Part shown: in pieces, positions 1 to 11,830 of the stretch
Layout: each line of letters begins with the position of its first letter
How positions within the stretch are numbered: position 1 is the stretch's first letter
Program-made: the position numbers and the translations under genes
The notes under the pieces: model-generated
Databases searched by the model: none
Told to the model about the DNA's origin: nothing
The model's input: only the letters and a program-made list of their open reading frames with translations
Source: the human T2T-CHM13v2.0 reference genome, Homo sapiens
Assembly: GCF_009914755.1 (NCBI RefSeq)
Contig: NC_060926.1
Length of the DNA: 64,000 nucleotides
Reading direction: 5' to 3' (one strand)

Positions 1-1220
1 CCTAGTTGTATAATTTTACTCATTGCCTTGATTATTACTGAATCAGGCCTGATTTAGCCTTTCTGCCACTTTACATCAAAAGATTTCTAGCAGATTTATT
101 ACAGAAAGAAGCAAATAGAATTTACAATATCTATTTCAGCTGTTTGGAAAGTTTACTACTTGATCTTATCCATTGTTTAATTTTGGGAAACTGACTCTCC
201 TGCAGTGCTGTGCTGTCATTATGTATAATATTTCTTTTCATCATTTGGTTTTTCATACCCAGATCTTCTTTGACATTTCAAATATGAGCTCTCTATATAA
301 ATACCCATCTATAGTTAAGCACACTGAATCATTTTATGAATCATCAATACTTTTACGTAGATAGTTATCTGAAAGATAACATTTTCTAATTACCTTTTAC
401 TATTACCTTCATTAAGAATTCCTAAGGAATGGCTTAAATAAATATATATATTTATTTTTATTTAATATCCTAATTTTCCTAAAATTATCTCTTAAATCCT
501 AACTTGTGTGAAGCCAATTTATGTGAAAAGAAGATAAATAAATGAATACATTTAGACATGCTTTGGATATAAGTGGGCAACGAAACAAGTTCTATGAGAA
601 AAAACATAGGACAATGCTTCTATGTATTTTACCTTGACTTGGTACAACTCCAATTCCGAATATTGCAAGACACCCTATACAATGTTAATCTCTCCCAAAA
701 TTAAGCTTAAATTTTATCTCAGAAGAGCACTACAAGGTCATTGAAAAATGAATTGATGCATAAGGCTCTCTGGAATATTTTATTAGAAAAAAATGGGTTA
801 CTCTTTTGAATAGGTAGGCACTTTTCCCAGCTGTAAGTCCACTGATGTACAAAATTTTATTCTAAGCACTTAAACTTATGACTTTGATCCTTGTTAAAAT
901 ATACATGCTCCTTGGGAGGATTAATATACTGTGATGTGAATAGGAAAGTTTCTGATGTTTTACTGATTTCAGTTTATATGGTGGAAATAGAGATTATTAA
1001 GCATTGGTCTCCTCTGAGGAGAAAAGAGTTAAAAGATGAGGATGCTGGAAATCAAAGACTACTCCTATCTATTCTTTTCTATTTTTGAACAACAATGGTT
1101 ATAGGCCTCTGGCAGCCACTATGTACACATTTAAAAGGCTGTGAAATTTTACCCAAGATTGGAAAGATTGCCAATGGAGTGAGAAATTGGAAAAGCCAGA
1201 TGGGGATTCCTTCATAAAAC

Positions 1221-1221
<1 letters not shown>

Positions 1222-1255
<34 letters not shown>

Positions 1256-1272
1256 AAGAAAGAAAAAGAAAA
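1222..1272 (+). repeat. Poly(A) run (A32) followed by GAAA-type purine repeat
   Basis: Directly visible. No Alu or L1 body recognisable immediately upstream. Confidence 0.9.
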
Positions 1273-2099
1273 GGAATATTATTTGAGACTTTAGGAAGAA
1301 CTTTCATATCTAACTTTGCTATATAGTTGTACACTGAAAGTTTTGGTAGGATTTGGTTAAACCCCTCCCGAGTAGCATTTTAAAAGCCATATGGATAAAA
1401 AATGAAGATCTGAAAGATAGACTGATATTTCAGAGAGAAGATTCAATTTATTCCTGGCTCAATGCAGAAATGCCTCCTTTCTAGTGCGTGAGGATCATTT
1501 CTGCTGCCTAGAATCAGTGCTTACTTGGAATAATTGCTCTCATAATTTTGCTATTATTTACAACATTCTGAAGAAGGTGACATTTCTTTGCATGCATGCC
1601 TACTTTGTGAAAAATCAAACACACCTAGAAGACAGTTGAATGGATCAAAGGCATACAAATTTTTAACATTTTTATACATATGGTCCAATTGCCCTCCAAG
1701 AAGTCTGTGACAGTTTTCTTCCCAGTTGTGTTCCTGGTAACATTTCTGCAGGCATTCTGAAGAATTTGACTTTTTAGGGCATGCATTTTATAAACATTTA
1801 CTGGGAAATCAGTAGTCATTCTGACAATGCAAGCCATAACAACCAATTGGCATGAATTAGTTATTATCCTTCTTTTTATTGTTGCAAGTTTTTGCTAAAT
1901 CATAAAAGAAGTATCTGTGACACTCTTAACAGAAACTTGAGCCAATGTAGGGTTTCCCCCCAGATACAGTTGTGCCTGGGATAATAGAGTACTGGGCTTG
2001 CTTCAATGAGCACATCACTTTGTAACTGAATGTGCATAGCTCAGCAACACAAAGCATTAGGTGTCATTATTAACAGTTTTGTCAGTTTTACTGCCTAAA

Positions 2100-3085
2100 C
2101 ATTTTTTTGAATCTCCCTTTTAATTCTCCCTATAGCACGTATTTAGGCTATCATCTTCTTTCACCTGTACCACTGCAGTGAGTCTCTGAATACATTTTTG
2201 TCCTCTCAAATCTGTTCTCAATCTTGAAGCTAGAGTGGTATTTTAAAAATGTAAATCTGATTTCGTTAACTATCTGCTTAACTAAAACTGTTGCATAAAA
2301 TCTTATTTCTCTTAAAATAAGCAAACAGGCCGGGCGCGGTGGCTCACGCCTGTAATCCCAGAACTTTAGGGGGCTGAGGCGGGCAGATCACCTGAGATCA
2401 GGAGCTTGAGACCAGCCTGACCAACATGGAGAAACCCTGTCTCTACTAAAAATACAAAATTAGCCGGGCGTGGTGGCGCATGCCTGTAATCCCAGCTACT
2501 CAGGAAGGCTGAGGCAGGAGAATAGTTTTGAATCCGGGAGGTGGAGGTTGCGGTGAGCCAAGATCGCGACATTTCACTCCAGCCTGGGTAACAAGAATGA
2601 AATTCCTTCTCAAAAAAAAAAAAAAAAAAAAAAAGGCAAAAAATCTTTAATACTGCCTTGAATTCCACGTGTGACCTGATGCTGGTGTACCTCTGTAGCT
2701 TCATCTTGTTCTTTGTCCATCCTTGCTTGCTGTATTTCAACCACATAGAACTTTTGATTTCCCAAAAGTTCTGCCATATTTACTTCTACCTCAGGGTACT
2801 TGAACCTGAAGTTTTCCTTTTCTGCCATACTACTCCTTCCTTTTCTCTATCTCTTCGTTTATTCATCATATCCTTTAGCTATCATCCCAAATGGCATTTA
2901 AAGTTTCCTTCCCAGACTTTGTCAGCTGGTCTGCTTTTGTTCTTTCAAAACACCCTATATCATTTTTCCTACAGCACTCACTGAGGTTTGCATTTATATA
3001 TTTATATTGTTTATCATATCTCAGGGGTCCAAAAATGTCTGTAACATAGTAGATTTCCGGTAAGTATATGTGAAATGATGGAATA
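2100..3085 (+). mobile_element. L2 LINE 3' remnant, interrupted by an Alu
   Basis: L2-like segments 'gctagagtggtattttaaaaatgtaaatctgat' and a 'tgaaatgatggaataaa' terminus. Highly diverged; boundaries approximate. Confidence 0.5.
2328..2634 (+). mobile_element. Alu SINE (AluSp-like), full length
   Basis: GGCCGGGCGCGGTGGCTCACGCCTGTAATCCC start, dimer linker, AluSp-type 'ccaacatggagaaacc' and 'ggttgcggtgagcc', A23 tail. Confidence 0.97.
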
Positions 3086-3719
3086 AAAAATAAATAATAA
3101 CATAGAGGTGCCATGAGGAATACAAATGAAGGTGAGTTCAGAATAATGATTGTCTCAAAATGCAGGAAGACACAAGGATATGGTGCATTGAAGAGAAAAG
3201 GGTGGAAATAGCATAAGGATGGTGGGCTGAGACACAGCAGCACAAAAAAGATGAAATACATAAGAAAAAGAAAGTAGAAGAGAGAATGGGGAAAGCATGT
3301 TTCAAAAAATATTGATTTATGGATATAAATAAAAGACACTTTTATAAAGTGACTTAGGTTAAAATAAAAGAATGAGGAAAGATATGCCAACAGATAAGAA
3401 AGCATGACTATAATGGTGAAATCAAAATACAGAAAATCCAAAGTTAAATGCATTCTATGTGAAAAAGCAAGTTGTCATATACTGATGCCATACCAGATGA
3501 CAAAGCATCAAAATATGTAGAGTAAAAGCTGTTTAGAACATAATAAGACATTGATGGAAAGAGAGTAGTAATGGAAGATTTAAAAACATGGTGTTGTCAC
3601 ATGGGTAACCAATTTCTTTTTTAATGATGGCAATCAACGCAGGCAAAAGAAGAAAGTTTTCTTAATGCGGGTGCAAGATGCAGGTAACCTGTATGTTAAA
3701 TACACTGCAGCATGGGTGA

Positions 3720-4150
3720 CATAACAGCAAACCTCAGGGAGCCATTCCATCTCCAGTTATGTTGCCCAGAGAAAGTCTCTTGTGTGTGTCTCCAAAGAAG
3801 CTGGTTGTAACACTGTTTCTAATCATAAGACTTTTAAACAGCCTAGATACCCATCATTAGGGTAATATATTTATAAAATTTTGAATATTCATAGGACGGA
3901 CACTTTATGTCAGATAAAATGGATGAATTCATTTTATATTGGTCAGATTGGATAGGTATTAAAAGCATAGTAAATAAGGAAAAGGCAGAACTGTATATCA
4001 TGTGTAATACTGATTTATGATAACTTTAAAACAATTATATATGTTGCTTATGAATATTTATATAAATGTTAAAATATAAAAATAAATGGATTTATAAAGG
4101 ACACATCAAACTCATGGTAATGTTTATCTTGAGAAAAGAAAAACTGCAGG
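3720..4150 (+). mobile_element. Ancient L1 (L1ME-type) 3' end fragment
   Basis: Similar to the L1M ORF2 end/3'UTR ('gccattccatctccagttatgttgcccagagaa', 'aaacagcctagatacccatca'). Very diverged. Confidence 0.45.
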
Positions 4151-5365
4151 GCTAATTAAAAGGGACTTTAATTTTAGTTTTAAAATACGTATGTGGGTAT
4201 GCATGCACACATGTGTGAGTGTGCATACATGTAAATGCATTTGTGACAAAAGCAGTTATTAATACAAAACGAAAAGAGTATGGGTGTTTTGGGTGTTTGT
4301 TATAATTTAATCCCTATATTTTATATTTTTAATTAAAAATAACTTTCCAGCTCTCCAGAAATTTCAAAACATATTGTTACAAGTATATATCAAGCCTATA
4401 AAGGGCAGAACGTATAATGGTTAAAAGCGAGTGCTCTGTTACTGGCTGCTATGATGACTTGCAGTAAAACCTGTACTCAGAGGAAAATGTCAGTCTGAAA
4501 TGCTTTTATTACAAAGAAGAAAAAGTACAAAATAGCTTTGGATTCAGCTTGGAAGAAAGAGCCACTTTCTAGTGGTTTAATTCTTTAGCAATAAAATGAA
4601 CTGCCATGAGAAAAAACAACAACAACGTGTATCTCTCTAGTTGAATTGTGCCAATCAATTGTGGTTTGTTTTTTATTTAATTTTTACTAAGTGTATTTAT
4701 CAGCTTTAACACTTTTTTCGTGGAGCCATTAGGATTTTTTCTATACAATATCATACCATCTGCAAGTAGAGACATTTTCACTTCTTTCTTTTCTATTCGG
4801 ATTCCTTTTACTTTTTTTTCTCTTGCCTAATTGCTTTGGCTAGGACTTCAAGTACTATATTGAAAAGAAGTGGTGAGAATGGGCATCTTGTTTTGTTCCT
4901 GATCCTGGAGGAAAAGTTAACAATGTTTCACCTTTGAGAATAATGTTAGCTATGGTTTTGTCCTATATGGCCATCATTGTGTTGAGGTACATTCCCTATA
5001 TTCCTAATCTGTTGAATTTTGTCAAATGCTTTCTTTCTATACTTATTGAGATGGTGATAAGATTTTTATCTTCCATTTTGTTAATGTGGTGTGTGACATC
5101 TATTGCTTTGCATATGTTTGACCATCCCTGCATATCAGGGGGAAATCACACTTGATCATGGTAAATAATCCCTTTAATGCATTCTTGAATTCAGTTTGCT
5201 AATATTTGGTTGAGGAGTTTGCCTCTCTGTTTATTAAAGACATTGGCCTATAATTTTCTTGTAGTGTCTTTTTCAGGCTTTAGTATCAGGGTAACGACAG
5301 CTTCATAAAATTAGTTTGGAAGTATTTATTCCCTCTACTTTGATTTTTTTGGGAAGAATTTGAGA

Positions 5366-7055
5366 ATTATATATATTATATTATATACAATATATTATAT
5401 AAAATATATAATATAATATATAATATATATTATATATTATATTATTATATATTATATATTATTAAATATATATATTATATTATATATTATATAATATATA
5501 TTATATATAATATAGAATATATAATTATATATTATATTATATATTATAGAATATATATTATATTATATATTATATTATATATTATATAATATATATTATA
5601 TTATATATTATATAATATATATTATATATAATAATATAGAATATATAATTATATATTATATATATTATATTATATATAATAATATAGAATATATAATTAT
5701 ATATTATATTATATATTATATAATATATATTATATATAATAATATAGAATATATAATTATATATTATATAATATGTAAATAATGTAATATATAATTATAT
5801 TATTTACATATTATATAATATATAATTATATTATATAATATATAATTATATTATTTGTATATTATATATAACATATACATTATATTATATATAATATAAT
5901 TATATATAATTAATTATAAATTAATTATATATAATTATATAATATAATATATAATATACATAATATAATATATAATATATAATATACATAATATATATTA
6001 TATATATTATATATAATATAATATATATAATATAATATAATATAATGTATAATATAATTATATATTATATATAATATATAATGTTATATAATTATATTAT
6101 ATTATATAATTAATTATATGTAATTAATATAATATAATTATTATATATAATTTTTTATATAATATAATATAATTATATAATATAATATAATTATATAATA
6201 TAATTATATAATTATATAATATAATATAATTATATAATATAATTATATAATTATATAATATTATATAATTATATTATATTATATAATTATATAATATAAT
6301 ATAATTATATTATATTATATAATAAATATAATTATATAATATAATATGATTATATAATATGTTATGTATATTATATATTATATATTGTATTATGTATATT
6401 ATATATTATATATTATGTATATTATATATTATGTATATTATATATTATGTATATTATATATTATATATTATATTATGTATAATATATTATGTATGTTATA
6501 TATAATATAAATTATATATTATGTATATTATATATAAATTATATTATATATTATGTATATTATATATAATATAAAGTATATATTATGTATATTATATATA
6601 ATATAAAGTATATATTATGTATATTATATATAATATAAAGTATATATTATGTATATTATATATAATATAAAGTATATATTATGTATATTTTATATAATAT
6701 AAAGTATATATTATGTATATTTTATATAATATAAAGTATATATTATGTATATTTTATATAATATAAAGTATATATTATGTATATTATATATAATATAAAG
6801 TATATATTATGTATATTATATATAATATAAAGTATGTATTATGTATATTATATATAATATAAATTGTGTATTATGTATATTATATATAATATAAATTGTG
6901 TATTATGTATATTATATATAATATAAATTGTGTATTATGTATATTATATATAATATAAATTGTATATTATATGTTATAAATTATTTATTGTTATATATTA
7001 TCTATAATATATATTATATTATATATGCTATTATATATATTTATATATATAATAT
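5366..7055. repeat. About 1.7-kb extremely AT-rich (TA/TTA/TAA) low-complexity tract
   Basis: Almost exclusively A/T with many imperfect TA repeats and local higher-order units. Confidence 0.97.
6545..6975. repeat. 32-bp minisatellite (about 13 units, TATTATGTATATTATATATAATATAAAGTATA) inside the AT tract
   Basis: The AAAG/AAAT anchor recurs exactly every 32 bp, at 6573, 6605, 6637 ... 6957. Confidence 0.9.
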
Positions 7056-7533
7056 TTGGTGGTTTTCAGCCATGAAACCAACAGGTTCTAGGCTTTTCTT
7101 TAATTGGAGACTTTTTATTATTGATTCAATCTACTTACTCATCAGTGGTCTGTTCGGATTTTCTCTTTCTTCATGATTCTGTCTTGGTAAGTATTATGTG
7201 TCTAGGAATTTATTCATTTCTTCTAGGTTATCCAATTTGTTGGTGTAGAATAGTAGTGTCTTATAGTTCGTATTTCAATGATATTAATGTTATAATATCT
7301 CCTTATTCATTTCTGGTCTTATTTATTTTAGTAGTCTCTCTTTTCTCCTAGTTAATCAACCTAAGATGTTGTCAATTGTATTTGTTTTTCTTTTCAAATA
7401 ATCAACTCTTAGTTTCATTAATGTTTCTATTGCTTTTCTAGTCTCTTACTTATTTCTGCTCTGAGCTTTGTTATTTTCTTCCCTATGCTAATTTTGGGCT
7501 TAGTTTCTTCTTCTCCTTCAAGTTCCTTGAAGG

Positions 7534-8365
7534 AGACTTCACGAGTCTAATTTTACTAGAAGGGGCACACAGAGACTGAAAGTAAAGGGATGCAAAAAGA
7601 TATTCTGTAGAAATGAAAATTGAAAGAGAGCAGAAGTATCTAGTCAGAAAAAAATAGACTTTAAGTTGAAAACTATGAAAAGAAAGAAGTTTATTACACA
7701 ATGATAAAGGGGTTAATTCACCAATAAGACATAAATACATATGCACCCAACATTGGAGCACTTAAATATATAAAACAATTAATGACCTATAGGGAGAGAT
7801 AGACTGCAATATTATAGTAGTAGTAGTCCCCAATACCTCACTTTCAACAATGGTCAGATAATCTAGACAAAGAAAAAATCAATAAAGAAATACTGAAAAT
7901 GAATTGCACTTTAGACCAAATGGACCTAACACATATATACAGAACATCCCATATAATAGCAGCAGAATATAGATTCTTCTATAATGCACATGACACATTC
8001 TCCAGGATTTGAAAAATTATATTAGATCACAAATCTTAACAAACTTAAAAGGATTTAAATTATACACATCTTTTGAATATCTTTTCAGATTATAGTGGCA
8101 TAAAACTAGAAATCAATAACAGAAGAAATCATGGAAAAATACACAAATATGTGAAAATTAAGATACATGCTTGTAAGCAACCAGTGAGTCACAGGAGATA
8201 TCAAAAAGGAAATTAAGCAAATACCTTGAGACAAAAAAAGATGGAAACACAACATACAAAAACTTACGAGATGCAGCAAAAGCAGTTGTAAGAGGGAAAT
8301 TTATAGTGATAAATTTCCAAACAATCTAGGAAAAGGAACTTGAGGAACTAGAAAAGGAGCAAACT
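7534..8365 (+). mobile_element. Old L1 ORF2 endonuclease-region fragment, inverted relative to the adjacent L1
   Basis: Degenerate 'HRLKVKG..KIF', 'YAPNIGA' and 'LDQMDLTHIYRT' motifs, ending at 'ELEKEQT'. Confidence 0.85.
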
Positions 8366-11176
8366 TAGCAGACTGAGTTTTACGAGCAGAGAACTAAGCA
8401 ATGACAAGTTTTAACAAGGGAAGCTGCCTCTTTGCAAGTGGTCTTAGTGCACACTGAAAAATTACATACCAGAGGTAAAATTTTTTTATGACTGGTTTCT
8501 TGTTTGGCCTATATTTCACTCTGGCATTTGATGCCCCATCCGAGTTTCTTCCCTAATGATACTTCTCACTGAGTACAAAAAGTGTCCTGCCTCATTAGAG
8601 GAATGTCTCTTCATTTCAGCATAATATGTTTTATACTGAAATCACAGTATTTCAGGCCAATGTGTTAGAAACTAGGTTGGGCAAAATTCCAGCCGCTTGC
8701 AAATTTTGTTTTGGGTGTTCCTGTACTTGGACTCCCAACCTTGGCAGAGCCATCACAAGTACTATTGATCTGGAAAAACTACTCCTGTTTAGCTGGTCCT
8801 ATCTCTCTCACTCTTATCCTTGGAATCAGCCTCAATATATGGTACTGGTTAGAGTAAATGACTTTCTTTAATTCTTTTTGGGAATATCACACTGCTTTCC
8901 CCACAACAAGTGGAGTATGACATGACACATGGCTGTGTCTTCAGTTCTGTCCCATTTACACTGTGTATGGCAAAGATTCCCTAAAATGTGTGGGGTGAGT
9001 ATGTGCTCTAGTTTCAGGGCACTGGACTTTCTACACCCGATTTTTTTTTGTGTTTCTTCTTATATCCTTTGTTGGGTAGGGGGTCATGACAACAGGATGG
9101 CAGAAGGCAGTGAATACCATTTTTTTTGCCACATTGTTCCTGGAAGTGTCTCTCTAACTATTTTCAATTGCATATGCTGTCTCTGAAGAGTGAATGATAG
9201 CAGTCCTAAGTATTTGTATTGGAAACTGTTTACTGGAAATGGGAATTACAGTGATCTAACAGATGAGACCACCTCAATCCTGACACATAGAGATAGCTTT
9301 TTTGGAAACTGAGATTTTATTATAACATAATAATTAAATCACTGTTGTATGCATGTTTTCCAATCCATGAAATAACCATGAAATATGTCAACTTCTTCCA
9401 GGAAGTCATCATTAAATCAGCATAAATTTTCCATCAAAAATGGGCCACTGTTGAGATTAGAGCTAGGATCGCTAGAGGCATTATATCTGTGCTGCTCTAA
9501 TTAAATGTTTCTTGTCAGAAGAAAAAGCTTTTATTACTTTTTTAGAACTAATTTCATGACTGTCTGGCTTAGGCCTAAGAGGTTTGCTGGAGAAGAAAGG
9601 AGAAATATGGTCCTTAGGGTTTTGTTGCACTTTTAGTTAGAATCTTGTGACTATAAGTAAAAAGACCTTTAATAAACCTTAATTTATAGGACAGAGTCTG
9701 CCTTATGTGCTTATAATGCAATATGACTTGTCTGTTTTTACTTCCCCCGCACAATCTGTCTTATTCAGCATGGGCTTCCTTTAACTTTTCCACATTTGAA
9801 ACCTACTACTCCTATAGTAGTTATGCTCGCACTCCTCAAAGTGTGCCAAAACAGACATTTAAAGTTAAGAAAAGCAGATAATCAGTGGCCTAATCAATCA
9901 TGCTAAGCAATCTACATGTCAATCCATTCCATCATCTTTAAATTCAGTTAAATCTACCTTAAGCCAAAACTATGTTAGTGCTCAGTGTTAGAGACTATCC
10001 AGAAGCTATTTACATTTAAGTTGTCAAAAGCTATATACATTTAAGTTTTCTTAGGAAAAAAAATCATCTGAAATAGGTGGTAGTACCTGTACATATTAAT
10101 AAAAGTACCCAGTAATTTCAATTTGTTTAAAATAAAAAATATACATATTCAACATTTAGGGAGAAAAAGTTATTTATGGGAGAAAATATTTTCCTTGTAC
10201 TGTGATGTGAAAATACATTTATTTTAAAAATTTATGTAGAGCATTATTATAAATCATTTTTTCTACATTCCTATGTATGAATTGATAAAATCTGGGCAAA
10301 TAATATACCAACAAGTTAACAATGCTTTTCTCTGGGAGGTGGAACTATGGGTGATTTTTATATCTCTCTTCTTTTTGTTTACTTTTATTTCCAAATTTTT
10401 TTCTGTAATAAACATGGATTACCTGTGTCCCGAATATAAAAGGAAGAGAAAATTATACATAATACATATATTTTAAAGCATTTCTAATTTAACTGTACTT
10501 GCTGCTAGCAATTTCACATCATTTGGCTTGGCTCACTGAGCTTCTCAAGTGATACCAGGCTGTTTATATTAGAGAGTACTACAAATTGGATAACCAAAAA
10601 TCTCCTAGAGAGAGCTCATAAAATGACATGGTTGGATGGAAACCTGAACAGATGGGCTAACTCTACCATGGTGCTATATTAACCCTGCTGTTTTCAGACT
10701 TGTGGCCAATAACACATTGACAAAGTACAATTCCAAAAATAAGTTGGTGAAATCAAAGATGTTTAAGCAGTTTAATCTACAAATTGGGATGTGGTGGACA
10801 GGCACTTGTTGAAATGTTTCATTCTTATTAAGATCATTTCTTTATGACTATGAAAATACTTGAGTTTCGGAGGAATTCTGAAAAGATGAACTGTAATGGG
10901 GGCTGAGGGAATAGCAGCCCAGCATGTTTTCAAGCAGCTTGACTGCCATCAGTATATTATATTGAAACTGGTGTAAGTGGTGTCTCATTATGTATATGAT
11001 TATGATAAGCAAAGGGAGAGTGGAGTTGTAATTGGCTAAATAAAAAGAATAGGACCAGTTCCTGATCTTCTGTATGTTCCAGTCACTAGTTGGATATCAG
11101 TGCCTAAAACACACACATAGTACCATGAAAAAAAAATCTGTTATCTGTAGAATGGTCAGGGCTTAGTTCTGAGTTA

Positions 11177-11525
<349 letters not shown>

Positions 11526-11709
11526 TCACTGTTAGAATTTCAAATAAAATTGTAAATAAGAATAAAAACATGATTTTTGGAAAGATTCTTTTAAAATAAC
11601 TGGTTAGTAGCCCATTTAATGTCAACAAAGATCTAAGAGGTCTTTTAGTAATATATAGTAACAACAGAATAAAGGCAGATTATTCCATTTTGAGCAGGAA
11701 GGGGGTATA

Positions 11710-11830
11710 AACACTATTGTCAGAAAGCCGAGCTTCTTGTCACAAATCTGTCATTGACTAGGCTTATGACCTTGAAAAAATATCACTTAAGTTCTGGGAG
11801 ACTCAGTATCCTCTATTTTTTAAAATGGAT
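11710..11830 (+). mobile_element. MIR SINE remnant
   Basis: MIR core-like 'tgaccttgaaaaaatatcacttaa...ctcagtatcctc...taaaatgg'. Confidence 0.5.

Larger units (their letters stand above)
4680..7533 (-). mobile_element. Old L1 (L1MA/L1PB-age) ORF2 fragment, linker to RT region, interrupted by the AT-rich tract
   Basis: Colinear with the minus-strand ORF2 of the L1PA3 in this window, e.g. 'aagtggtgagaatgggcatcttg' and 'tctaggaatttattcatttcttctagg'. Confidence 0.85.

Noticed and set aside
2366-2746. ORFs overlapping Alus (also 11208-11525, 24375-24793, 44358-44543, 49355-49552)
   Set aside because: Typical Alu-derived translations ([24 protein letters not shown]), not genes.
2875-3453. 192-aa hydrophobic ORF resembling a membrane protein
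   Set aside because: It is the antisense reading of A/G-rich low-complexity or old LINE-derived sequence. The F/L/Y bias follows from T-richness, and no domain is recognisable.
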